A stretch of 64,000 nucleotides of DNA. Origin: Adineta vaga (lineage: Eukaryota; Animalia; Rotifera). The notes under the pieces were generated by a model. The model was not told the DNA's origin. It was given only the letters and a program-made list of their open reading frames with translations, and searched no databases. Made by a program: the position numbers and the translations under genes. Positions 13,800 through 28,648 of the stretch are shown one piece after another. Each line of letters opens with the position of its first letter. The first letter of the stretch is position 1. Location: assembly GCA_021613535.1 (NCBI GenBank), contig CP075493.1, forward strand, positions 6,944,001-7,008,000. The letters run 5' to 3'.

Positions 13800-15315
13800 G
13801 ATGTTAATTTCTTGTTCGTTGAGATACGATCGAGAATATAGAGAACAAGATCTAGAAAATAAAATTTGAATTAGTTTCATAAATCATAGAAGAGAACTAT
13901 CTTAAAAATCGAAGAAATGTTTGTTTGCAAGTTAGTAGATCCACTAGTAAACAAGATGAAATGTTGATAACCAATCAGAAAAGTGATGCATTGTACCATC
14001 ATCGGATTGTGCGTATGAAAATGAGTTTTTTTAGAAAAATCTCATAGTAACAAAGTCAAAAAAGATATAAGATACATTTCCTAAGCATAAGACACCGAAA
14101 TATTCTAACATTGAAGATATAGATGGCATTAGTATACTTTATATCTTGCAATACAATATTTGTGCTAATGAGTATAAAGAATCGTAACTGAACTGAATTT
14201 CTAGTTGTTTATTAGATCCTTATTGTTTCAAGTTCAGTTGTTAGACACTACGTTTACGCATGCTTGTTATCTGAACTGGAACTGTTGATAATTTGCTTCT
14301 TAGTTACAAGATACTCGAAAAACAAAGTCTACTGAAATGAAAATTATTTATTTTTCTTTTTTATTATAGTTATAAGTGTGGATTTGAACAATTCATATGT
14401 AAAATAATATTTCAATCTTTTTTTTATTCACTATTAACTATAGAGTTAGTTGTTAATGAAATAATGAATTCAATTCAATGCAAACTCGTTGATTTCGATA
14501 TCTTATTTCTGTCAGAGTAGAACTGTTTGATTTATTTATGTTGTTCTACATAGTATAATATCAAGACATTTATATCTCTTAATATTCAATAATTAAAAAG
14601 ATTATTTTAGAATATTTTGGTTTGGTTTGGATGGAAGTATGTAGTTTTTCCTATTGGATAAATTCGATTATCCAATCATTGCTAATGACAGCGCTACATT
14701 CGTCGTCAAAATTGAACTATTGAGCATCGATTCTTATTATTGAATGATTTGTACACGATCTAGCAATAAAATTGTCTGTACATATGAAAATAAATAATAA
14801 TTTTAGAATAAAATAAATTTGTTTTTTCTAATTTTTTCTTGATGATTCTTTGTAGAGTATTTGAACATAATTGAACGCACAGTGCATAAAAGGAACGATT
14901 TATGTAGAGGACGAAGAGCCGGACAAATGTTTCTCTTCCAAGGTTAATAACATTCAACGAAACGACGGCAGCAGCCGACTGTCTGTTTGTTCAAGGCAAT
15001 TGAGAAAGAGAAAAAAGAAGGAAAGGGCCTCCCTTACATATTTCTACATACAGGGTCGATTATGATGAACGTAAATGGATCTGTTACATTTTTTTTCTTT
15101 CACTGTTATACATATTGATAGGATGAATAGAAGAAGGGATGTTCAGTTCGGAAGCGACCTTGGTCTAGAAGGTCATTGAAGGTCGTGACAAGGTTGCTGA
15201 TAGTAGAATACAGCAATCAACGTGGATGTGTGCATACGATAGCGATGCAGTAAAAATCAATTAAACCTTGTGTTGTCGTTCAACCTATTTCTATTCTTTC
15301 TTCTTTTTTTTGTAG

Positions 15316-15822
15316 ATGTTTGCCCTTAAAACACTTGGCAATTTATGTACTACTCAATCAAGTAAATATATTTATATCTCAATTGAAAATTCATTTTATT
15401 TCATTCTTCTAGTTCTGCAACAATCAATACGTACGGCTAAAGTTTTTAAACCCAATTTACTTCTAGCGAAATATCGAAATATAAAAGTTCAAGATGGTCA
15501 ATGGGTAGAAAAAGATACTGTTTTAACATTACAAAACAATCTTGTCTTATATCCCGGTGAAAATGTAAATTAAAAGAAATCTTTCTTTTGAAAATCAATT
15601 TTTCATTGTACATTTCTTGTTCATTAGACATCCGTCGCCTATGATTATACGATTCGAGCAAGTGTACCCGGTTTTGTTGTCCTAACAACCGAATCAGTTA
15701 AACCATATCCACATAGTCCACTATATCGTTATGTTAATAGTGGTAATGATGTTAAACGGAATTTTATTCATATTATACCACCAAGACGTCAAGCAAATTT
15801 TCGTTTAGTAGATCAATTGTAG
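15316..15822 (+). CDS. MRPL27: Mitochondrial ribosomal protein L27 (bL27m), 3 exons
   Basis: IKVQDGQWVEKDTVLTLQNNLVLYPGEN|TSVAYDYTIRASVPGFVVLTTE...FIHIIPP...FRLVDQL*. Confidence 0.8.
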
Positions 15823-16105
15823 TCTTAATATAAAAGAAATGATTTTCTCCAGAGGGTAGGATAAAAAAAATATATAAAAATCACCGTTGTTTCGTTTTGT
15901 TTCTTGTTGATTATATATATATATATTTAAGTATAGCTTGTTGTAAACGTCTTTGATATTATGTGTCAATGTTGTATTTGTAGATTGTTGTCTCATAGAT
16001 ATACGAAAGAAGATTTTTTTAGTCTTGATGAATTTAATTTAAACCAGTATGATATTCTTGATCTATGTGAACAGTATTCGTTGTTAAGATTCAAATTCAT
16101 TTATC

Positions 16106-18979
16106 ATGACTGTTGTTGTTCAAACACGTGATCGTTGTCGTCTATGTTTTTCATTACTGTTACGTGATCGTTCGATTTGTTGTCAAAAATCCTTTCATTT
16201 ATTTAAGCAAATTGAACGTCGAAGAATTCCATTGAAAAAACTTAATTCGTATCAAATTAAATTACGAAATCAAACCGTATGCTTTCGAGATTTAATTCTG
16301 CGTTATTTACATACTCAACTTCATCAAACAGAAAATTTATCAAATTTCATTTGTTATGATTGTTCATTAGTTTTATTGGACATTGAACAATGTGCAAAAT
16401 ATTTACGAAAAACAATCAATCAATTGAAGATTAAATTTAATAAAACTAGTCGTCTTCGAACAGCATCTCTGTCTGCAACATTTCAAAAGAAAAGACAACA
16501 ACAACAACAAAATACTACTGTCAAAGATGAACAACTGCCAATTGGTCACTCTGATTCCGAAGAAGAATTTGACGATATTGATGATGATGATGAAGAGGTT
16601 TGTATATAGGATATTTCTTATCATAAATGAAAAACAAACTTGATTATATCATCTATTTTAGGAATTCGATGAAGAGCAAGATAGTTTGAATAAACCAACT
16701 ATATCTACTAATGTACAAGTTTCAAACCAATCGAAATCTCTTCTTTTAATCCCATCATCATCTTCTCGAGGTGTTTCTTCATCAAATTTATTAACATCAA
16801 AAGTTCATGCAAATAATAATCGTTCGTGCAATGAGGATGAAGATGAAGATGATGATGATGAAGAAGAAAATCATTTAATAGAAAATTCCTCGGAAAAATC
16901 TCAACAACAAAATTTCAATGAATTTTTTCAACGTCTGCAAGCAAATTCTATGAATGCTCTATCCGGTTCAAATGGTCTCATAACAACAGGCAATGCAATG
17001 AATTTATTAGAAGAAACAAATCCAAATCTTCTTCAATTACGTCTTGCACACATGTTGGCAGGTATTCCAACAAATCCAGTTCAAAATTTAAATCATCACC
17101 ATCATCATCATCATCATAATAATAATAATAACAAAGCTGTTGATCCAACGATGAATACTTTTGCTAATATACAAAGAAGTTTATTCTTACAGTTTTTAAA
17201 TGATCCAATAACAGCTGCTCAAGCAGCACAAGCTGCAGCTGCGGCAGTTTCAGCTACACAGATCAAGGCTAATCTAACACCCATGTCATTAATGACATCG
17301 AATATGAAACAAATTGGAAGTGGTCGAAAAAGAAAATCAACACCAGAAAAACGTGTTGTAACAAATCAGCAATCGATAAATAATAATGGTGATGTATGTA
17401 TCTAATAATCATTGTTTTATAGTATATTGTTGACAATAATTTAATCGTTTAGATATCACCAAAAGCTGATCAGGAATTTCTTGATACTAATAATAGTATC
17501 AATGATTTAGCTAATCACCCATTGGAATTAACTTTGAAAAGTTTTCATCAATCAAATCGAATATTATCATCACCAGCAAAATCAACAATAGATGCTCAAA
17601 ATCTTGCGGTATGTACATAACGGAATCTTGTATCAAATAGCATCAATCACTTCTATTTAGATGAATTCCAAATTGGAAAATGGTAGTCCATCTTATTCTC
17701 ATAACTATCTCAATGCATATCAATCTATCGATGAAGGTAAACAAATATCTTGAAAAAAAGAATTTCAATTAAGTCTATTCTTTCTTGTTCTTTCTATTTA
17801 GATCGTCGAGAGAGTACGGCACCGAATGATTCGTCGTTATCTCTTTCTCCGTCATTACTTCCTCGAAATACATCTTCTAAACGACGAAAACTTTCCACAC
17901 CAACAGGTCAATATGATTATCCAAATGAATCAAAAGGTCATTTATCTCAAACATCAGCAACAGATTTACTTTCACCCAATCATCAAACAACATCTCATGA
18001 TGATCTGAATGGAAATAATCACCAAAAACAACAACGTAAATTAGATCCACGATCATGTGCAGAGTGTGGTAAAACTTTGTTCAGTGACAAAACACATTTA
18101 CTTCATTGTCAAACACATGCAAAAAATGAAAAACAATGTTGGATATGTGGAGTTAATGATGATGATATTAAAAAACATATTATTAATGAACATGGCAATC
18201 AAAAATTTACAAATACTGGTTTTAAAGTAAGATCTAATGTATTAATACTTTTTCTTTTCTATCTCGAAAAATGAATTTTGTAGTGTCAACATTGTGAAAA
18301 AGTTTTTCCTGTTTATGCTGATCTTGAAATACATACACGAGAACATAGCAAGAGAAAAGTAAGTTTTAGTTGTATAAAGAGAGACATATGTATACACAGA
18401 GAATAAACCTTTTTATGTCGTTATTTTACAGCCATTTGAATGTCCAATTTGTAATAAACGATTTGGTCAACAAGGAAATTTAAGTTGTCATCTACGAATA
18501 CATAGTGGTGTCAAGGTATGTAATGTTTCTAAATATTAAAAAAATGTACATTCTAGTCAATGTATCAATGATTTCTTCGATTGAAATGAACTAAGATTAC
18601 TATAATATGTTCTTTTTAGCCATTTACTTGTACAAATTGTGGTAAAGCATTTCGTCACTCGAATAGTTTACGACGTCATGCACGTACAGTTCATTCAGCA
18701 TCTCGTGGTTTATCGATGAGTCCCGGTTTGGGCTCTACATCAACAACAGTAACACCATCGTCACTTCTTCTTACTACTGCTACATCTAGTAATTCAATGG
18801 TATCAATGGCAAATGATGTACATCGTTTAAGTACAAGTGAAACATATGATGATGCCAATTCAGGATTGATGATTCCATCGGATGATGCTGAATCATTACA
18901 AGGTCCACCTTCAACATCAACAGCTGGTGCACCATCACCTTCAGTATCCAATGCACAAATCGATGAAGATTCCCAATAA
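16106..18979 (+). CDS. C2H2 zinc-finger transcription factor with N-terminal ZAD-like domain
   Basis: N-terminal CRLC...CYDC; fingers CAEC..HCQTH, CWIC..HIINEH, CQHC..HTREH, CPIC..HLRIHSGVKPF, CTNC..HARTVH; acidic, poly-His/Asn and poly-Ala tracts; PLELT motif. Confidence 0.88.
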
Positions 18980-20961
18980 ATTATTTGGGTGATATTGATC
19001 TGTGTTTACATAATACATATATTTTTTTCAATTCGTGTGCATTATAACAAGGTTCAATCTCTTGCTTTATGATCATTCATTCATTGGCAATACGAATTTT
19101 TGTGTTTGGGCTCCATTTCTACATGTACACTGAGAATTGATCTCAGCTGTACGTCTTTGTATAGTTTATTCTGATGTATTAGCGAACAGTATTTCTTATG
19201 TAGAATGGCCTTCTTCTCTTTTTCTTTTTCTATATGTTTGTATTATGTATGTGTCCGCGTGTTTTGAGAACAGTGAACCCCTTTCGTCTCTCTCTCTCTC
19301 TCCCCCCTGTTTAGTTATGTTCTTGTTGTTGTTATGATGATTATTTTTTTGTTCTGATCTTCAACAGTATTTTCCATCTGATTATTCTTTTTAGTCAATA
19401 AGATCATTATCGCTAGCGTTTCTGTATTTCATGCCGGTGAATATTAAACATCAGAAGAAAACTACACTGAGCATATATTGTTTTTTCGAACAGTGATTAT
19501 GTATGTATGTGTGCAGTTCCGGTGTGTGTCGTGAGTGAAAAAGAAAACAAACAAACAAACAAACACAAAAGAAATACACATATATCTCTATAAAAAAAGA
19601 ATAAATAACATCACCGGCGTGTTTTTCCTTCCCTCTATTCATTTTCTTTTTTCTATTTTCCCGGTCCTGTTGATTGTTTTCATCAGTTTCGTCTATTCGA
19701 TCTAGTCTCGATATTTTTCTAACTGTTTCATTGTGTATACCTATATACTCTTCGTGTTGGTAAAGGGTTGTTTCTATGCAACTTGTCATATGTATGTGTG
19801 TATGTGTATTGTGGGATAATCATGTAATTTTCATGTGACTAATTTTCTTTTGGTTCTGTTTATTATAGTTGATATTACTTTCTTTTTTCTTTTTGAGAAA
19901 CTAGGACGTTGCCTTTTCTTTTTTCTTTTGCAACACTAGAGATCTTAGTGGTGCTGATTCTTTTCGTTTGTTGGTTGTTTTTTTTCTACTGTTCTTTTCT
20001 CCCCTTTAGAGATTTTTGTGCGCATACTGCGTACAAATTTTCACGTTTTTTGTTTGTTCTTCCGATTATATTACTCCTACATTACAGTGTATCTCGTTTT
20101 CTTCCAGTTCTTCTTCTACGTTTTCATTTTCGTTTATCTTACTTACTATAACTATCACAGCTTCTTGAGAATATTTATGTGAAAAAAACGAGATCGTGTG
20201 CTACTATTACTATTACTGTTGGTTCGAATAAATTCTAAATTGGAATATATATAGAAGGAAAAAAAACGATGAAAATTTCTGTCTTTTTGTGAATGATTTG
20301 TTGCTTGGATGGAATATCAATGATCGATTAGATCATCTTCAAAAAAAAACAGAGAACTGTATTTTTAGATTAAAAACTTGGGAAAAACTGAAAAAGTGTC
20401 AGTTGAGTCAGAGACTCTTTCTCTCTTCTTGTTATCAGAGATTACTATGAAGTTCTATGTTCAACTACGGTCGTATTCAAAATTCGTTGAATAATTCAAT
20501 ATTAAATAAAGTTTTCGCCTTCTATTATCTGTGAAACAGTAGAGCAGTCAGTTCTGATTTGTTTTAGATAACTGTACGCATATGTTTTATTTCAATCGAT
20601 GAAAATCTATTATCAGTGAAGCGAGAGAACATGAACAAGTATGTAATTCTTTTTATTAAATATATGTTGAGTTTATATTGTAGGATTATTGAGTGATGAT
20701 AAAGAACAAATGTCTTCATCTCTATTCGAGTATGAGCAGTTCAGTCAGTCATATGATTGAAAAGTATTTAATTATTCTTTCTTTCTCTGTCTCTCTCTCT
20801 TATTATGTTGTTTTATGAAATAAAATAAACAATGAAAATAGTTCGATACGAGATTTAATTCAATCACAAAACAAAAAAAGAAATTTCTGTTTCTTTTACT
20901 ATTAGATAAAACTTGATTTCTTCTATTGTAGAATTCTAAACTTCTATTTTATTCTGAAATA

Positions 20962-22210
<1,249 letters not shown>

Positions 22211-22344
22211 AATAAACCATAGATGTTTTTTTGTAAACAGATATATCATCTAAAAAAACATAACCTTCTTTTCTATACATCTCTGATTTGTTCTTATTGA
22301 TTCTGTCTGTAAATTTCTTCAAAACAAAGTAAAATTTCTTCTAG

Positions 22345-24086
22345 ATGGAAAGACGTCTTGCTGATCTGCAACAACGTTTACAATCTTCTACATCTAATCT
22401 TTGGTGTAAAACTCTTCTGAATGAAATTAATCATCTATCATCATCACTTTCCAATCATTCACCTATCTATCGATCACATTTAACTCATCAACAATTATTA
22501 TCCTCAATAAAAACCATTCAAGATTCAAATATTGATTCAACTAGTACTGAATTATATCGTCGTACCCTAGCAAATTATCTTCTTCTTCTATCTATTCATA
22601 GTCATAAACTTGTCTGCGGAATACTTCTCGATCATGTTCATCATTTAAAACATCATTTGAATTATTGGAAACATGATGAACATAGTCAATTCAAAATTGT
22701 TGAACAATTAAAAACAACATTTTGGTTCGATCACGATCGAGACGATATACGTACAACAGAAAAAGTCAAAGTTCTCAATAATCAAGAAGAAAAATTAGCT
22801 AATATTATCGGTCGTTTAGCATATACAATAACTAAATTAGAACAACAAGAAAAACTTGATCTTAATGAAATTATGAATTCGACAAACGAACTCTATAATA
22901 TCGTATTCGATGGAACTACAGTTGATTATAATACTCAAAGTGATCTACTCGATGTTATTGAAGTTTATTCTCAAATTTTAAATTCATTTGATGAATTTCG
23001 TTCAAAATTAATCGAAAAAATTCATTTATATGAAAGACCAACCCATTTAAAACGTTATTTACCGTATTATGTTTGTTTTACTGCTCTTGGATTTTATACC
23101 ATTTATAAAGTTTATACAAATAAAACAGGAATTATGAATTATATTTTTACAACTTATGAATCATTGAAATTTTTTCTTAATGAACATTTAATTCTACCTT
23201 TAAAAACAATTTATACATCAACATTTGAATCCAATGCATCGGAAAATGCCTATGAAAATTCACAATTGAATTACACGAATTCAAAGAAAATTTTAGAAGA
23301 AATGTTAGAAGAATATGGACGACAACATGCTAGTACATTAGCACAAGTAAATAATGTCACTGTAGAAGAATTCTTATCAACATTACATGAACATGCAAGA
23401 AATGAAGATATGAATGTTGTGATGAAAAATTATCAACAAGAACTTAATTCACCAATTAGATCTGCACTTTTAGGAGATTTAATTAAAGGTATTGTTTCTA
23501 AACATTTGATAGATTGACTTCATGTATTTGTTCAGGTATATTAATTCAAGTTCAAAAAGTTAAAGTTGATGGTGAAGGTTTAATCATTCAAATTGATCAA
23601 TTAATGAAACAAAATCAAATTAATTTTAGTTTACTTGCAACTATTCCAGCTATATTAATCATTACTTTTATGTCTATTGCAACGAAAAATATCGTTAGTG
23701 ATAGACTAATTAATCGACGAAAATTTGATTTAACAACAATTCGTGAACAAATTATTCGTAGACTTCGAGAAATTGAACATATTCTAATATTTAATAATGA
23801 AATACCAGCATTCATTTTTGATAGTAAAAATTTAATTATACCTGAATCGAATCGTCATATGAATGGTGATCAGAAAGAAATGATGAGTTATTTCACATTT
23901 GGTCGTTTTCTTTCTTTAATATATGAATTAAAATATTTTACTAAACAATTAAAATCCAAACGTATGCTTTCAAAAGAATTTAATGATGATATTAATCTAT
24001 TAAGTTATACACAATTATCAGTGAAACAAAAACTTCTAATTATTCAACAAATTCATCACTCCTATTCATTTCTTGTGCATTCGTAA
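22345..24086 (+). CDS. NCA2/DGS1-family (nuclear control of ATPase 2) mitochondrial membrane protein; one 47-nt intron 23489-23535
   Basis: RPTHLKRYLP + TM, FLNEHLILPLKTIY, YQQELNSPIRSALLGDLIKGILIQVQKVKVDGEGLIIQIDQLMKQNQINFSLLATIP match the recalled NCA2 family core. Confidence 0.8.
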
Positions 24087-25212
24087 TGAATGATTTAGTT
24101 GATTTGTTCCTTTCCCCCCAGTCGGTGCTATTTTGTTTTTCTTCATTTTTACTCCGAGTGTTTAGTGGTGATATGACATAATAAACAAAAAGAAAGATAT
24201 AGAATTTGATACACAGACATCACTTATATTAAGTGTTCATCATCACACAAGTCAGTTCTTTTGTTATATATGACTACTCAATCAAAAGTTTGTGATTTTG
24301 AGTTTTTCTAATACATATAGATTTGAATAACAATGTGAGCTTGTTCTTCTTCTTCTTCTTCTTTGAACTTGATATTATTTTGTGATATAAATGTATATTG
24401 AAATGTTGTTTTTTGTCAATCTATTTGAACTTGATTGAAAGCAATGATATGTTAAACAATTTTCTTATTAACCATATAATACATGATGACAGTCTTGTTT
24501 CATCTTTTCTTTTTATTCTTTCATTGATCATATCTACATGGATTGTTTTCTATTATTGAGAAAGATTTTACTTTTTGATACCGAATAATTGTGTTTTTTC
24601 TTCTTCTTCTTCTCTCTTTTCGTCAAGGATATATGCTCATCATCATTTAATTAGATAGAAGGAGGAGAGACATAATTGATTCAATACCTTTGAAGTTCAG
24701 TGAATCAAATAGATACTCATCGATTTGACAATAGAATAACAAACAATATTCATGTGAATGTATATTCCTAATAGACATCGATCTCACTTGCTATGTTGAC
24801 CTTTTACTCCAAATGATTTTTCGGTTGAAATTCGATCTATTATTGGTGATTAGAGAATGCGTATATACAATTGGATATAAACACAAATGAGACGTGTCTG
24901 CTATTCTATAGTTACTTGTTGTCAATATAAAATGTTGTTTAGATCATTTACATTTCACACAATATTGACACATACATATTCCATAGTCAATCGAAGATAA
25001 AGTTTTTTTTTCCTAATTAGTTTTTATTATGGAAAAACAAGAACGAAAAAAGAAAAGAAAAGAACTGTAAACATATGGGAATATAAACAGAAGATTGAGA
25101 AAATGAAACTATTATTAGAGATGACGATCGGTTTTTCTTTTTCTGTCACTGTGAATATTATTATCGTCGATGGTTCGAGATTTCATTTTTTGACTAGACT
25201 GGATATTTTTAT

Positions 25213-25977
25213 CTATGATGAACATGTTGTTGTTGCAGGAGAGATAAAATTGTACAATGAATGATGATGATGATGATGAAGAGCATTAGCAGCAGCTAAA
25301 GCTAATGGATGTTTTAATTGTAGAAAACGATATTTTTCTGTATCAGCTTCAGCAATACGTTTCTCTTTTGCTCGACGATTTTGAAACCAGATCTAAATAA
25401 TAAAAACCTTGATTTCTTTCGATTCTCTTTCAATCTATAAATCACATACTTTGACTTGCGTTTCAGTCAAATTTAACGAAGCAGAAAATTCTGCTCGTTC
25501 AGCAATAGTTAAATATTGTTTATCACGAAATTTCTTCTCTAATGCTAATAATTGTGATGTGGTGAATGGTGTACGTGGTTTGCGATTTTGTTTATGTTTA
25601 CGTAAAGAACATATTTTTGCATTGATCCTCGGCAATTCATTATTACCTAAATAATCAAAAAAAGATATCTTTGTAGATTACGATATCGCTGAGATAGATG
25701 ATTTCGAATTCTTACGTGCTTTATCAATAATTTCTGCGTCAGGTAACCAATGTGGTTGTGTGTTATTATTTGTCCATGATAATCGACTGATCATTCCACT
25801 ACCACCCGTACATGTTGATGAAGACGATGGTGAATATTGTAGACTTTCATTACTTGTTGATTTTGATGGACTTGTTGTATGCGATGAGGAATGTAGAATA
25901 TCATTCTGTGAACAATCAATTAATGAACGTATACTAAAATCAGTATTTCGTTTCGATTTCTTTAATGGTGGTTCCAT
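25213..25977 (-). CDS. Msx: Msx homeobox protein (copy A), 3 exons
   Basis: eh1-like [10 protein letters not shown] motif, [52 protein letters not shown]|[12 protein letters not shown]. Confidence 0.95.
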
Positions 25978-28073
25978 ATTTAACGATTGATCGAGAGATT
26001 TAATTCTAATTTGTGAAATGAAATTTACTCTTCTTTTTCTGCTTGCTTTTCTTCTCTTCTCCTCCTCTCTTCTCTTCTCTCATTTGGAAGAAGAAGAAAA
26101 AAAGTAAAGAAATCCGATTGGTTTATATGTTAAACTACTTGGAACAAAATGTTTTATTGGACGAAAAAGATTCTCTCTTATTCTCTTCAATCAATGTGAG
26201 AAAAAGGAAATCAACGCTTATCCTTAGAACGGAAATTACTTTTTTAGTAACTTGAAAAAAAAATAATATCATTGTGTTCATCTTTATTCAATGATTATAT
26301 ATATATATATATTGAAACAAAGTAGTCCTCACAAAAAGAAAAGAATCGAAAGGATCAATCAAAATAAAACTATCATTAATCGTATATGCAACTAATCCCA
26401 ATAATTTCATTTCGACAGGTATCCGCCTTTGACATTCGTTCAAGTCTAAAGACATTCAACGTGAGGAAAATGACAAATTCATGTTTGATTTAATGTTATT
26501 TTGCTTTTCTTTTCTTGACGAGGTTAACTCTAATAGCCAGACTCTAGGGGGTAATTAGATGATAGGTGAAGAAAGCATCTATCACTAGATACGATTGACA
26601 AGCGCAACGAATGTTAATATGCATATAGTTTTGCTTTCTCATTTGCGATTAAATTTCATGATGATGTAATAATATAAACTGATCTTCAGAATGAAAAGAA
26701 AGAGAGAGAGAGAGAGAAATGATCAATATTGTAACGGAAGTCAGTCGTTTGATCGAAATAATCGAGAGATTAACACCCAGATGCCCTATCAAGAAAACAT
26801 GGATATCGGTCTCTTTTAACAAATACAGACATATATACATTTAAATGTAATAATTAAGAAGCCAGATGAAAATTTTCTTTCTTTCCCATCTAAGAAAAAA
26901 AGATTTCATTCTTTCTCCACATCATTCACATATCATTAAACTAAATGACTATTATGATAGGCATTGAGATTCGTCGTCAGTCAAGTGTCGAACGGTTGTT
27001 GTGTGTTCATTGATCAAAATTTTGATTTTTATATGTTTTTATTTCTATAACCATGTGATTCAATGAGTTGGAACAGATTTTCTATGCGATTGTCAAAAAT
27101 GGAATGGTTCACCTGCTTTCTCTCATACAACATCTCACATTTTTGCAATTAAATAATCATTGTTTTGTCACAATCGAATTGTCGACATTTTATGGACAAA
27201 AATGACGGTGTGGTCCATTAATAAAACGAAAGCGAGAGAGAGAGAAACAGAATTTTATATGCAAATTTTTTCGTCTTTTTTTTTGCTTCTTTAAAGTAGC
27301 TGACAGATAATGCGCATGACAATTGAAAATTTATTCACTCGAATCGATGAATTTTTGACATTTGAAACATGCAAATAAACTTTTCAATTGACTTTCATTT
27401 TCTTTATCGTTTTTTTTCTGTCCTTCTTCGATCGACTATGCGTGATAATAATAGAGATGAAATTGATAATTGAGAAAAATTAATGGGGTTATCTTCCTCG
27501 TTTGTTTTGCAAAGGAACTATGTGATAAATGAGAAGAAGATAGAGACAATTAACCAAATAAATCAAATTGTACACCTTGAGTAGTATTTAACATGAATAT
27601 ATCGATCAAATGACAGATAGATATATCTAAAGAGCCCGTTCTCAAGTATAAGAAGCTTGTCGTTGGTTTAATGAATGAAGAAAGTCACAAGGTTAAGATT
27701 TTTTCATATTAATTCATTCTATTCGAACTAAAAGTAACTATTCTCTTTTAACGAACTCATATTCTAGATAATTGTATGTATGAATCTGGTATTCACTTTT
27801 AGTACAAACGATAGTGTCTATTTCATTAGTCTAATACAATAATCATCCTTTTTCTTCTCTATATCTCTATATAAACATTGGATGGCTGAGACGTGACACA
27901 ACCAGTCAATTGCTATTCCTGATCGATGCAGCTAATCGACTATAAACGAATATATAATAGGAACTTTCAATCGTCAATCAATAGACGTCGTAATATATAT
28001 ATATATAAATGTATAAACGTATAAAACAAAAATGAAGACTAGCTTTTACAAAAAAAAGAAGAAACAATTGTAT

Positions 28074-28648
28074 TTATGCAAAAGGAAAATATGTTGATGT
28101 CATTTGAAATTGTTTTGCTAATTGATCTTTAATTTGCATAAACCGATATTTTTCTAATTCAGCTTCTGATACACGTTTTTCTTTAGCACGACGATTTTGA
28201 AACCAGATCTAAATAATCGAAAGACCTGTTTTGTAAATATTCTTAACAATAGTCAAAACCTACTTTCACTTGTGTTTCAGTTAAATTTAATGATAATGAA
28301 AATTCAGCTCGTTCAGATATCGATAAATAATGTCTTTCATGAAATTTCTTCTCAAGAGCTATCAATTGTGCTGTTGTAAATGGTGTACGTGGTTTTCTAT
28401 CATGTTTATGTTTACGTAGTGGACAGATTTTCGCTTCGAATTGATCTAAAATATTATGATGGATATCAATACTGAATTGATGATAACAAATGTATTGACT
28501 TACCAGATAACCAATAATCTGAAGATATACTTGTAGAAGTTTTCATCAGTGGAATGGATGATTTGGTTGCATAAGTATGTAAATCACAATCATTTTTATC
28601 ACGTAGAAGAAATGCTACACTAAAATCTTTGTTTGTTTTCGTCATCAT
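28074..28648 (-). CDS. Msx: Msx homeobox protein (copy B), 3 exons
   Basis: [10 protein letters not shown] motif, [52 protein letters not shown]|[12 protein letters not shown]. Confidence 0.93.

Noticed and set aside
13853-14075. snoRNA in the probable RPL17 5'UTR intron (CCGA/TGATGG/CTGA boxes and small hairpins on the - strand)
   Set aside because: No canonical C box or H box, wrong ACA spacing, and no rRNA target I could recognise.
14871-15065. 64-aa ORF in the GC-richer island
   Set aside because: TTG start, atypical codon usage, no recognisable domain.
15050-15084. Resemblance to human 7SK (CAGGGT.GATT...GATCTG)
   Set aside because: The matching bases occupy different structural positions, and there is no GAUC/GAUC pair or GGAUGUG/CACAUCC closing helix.
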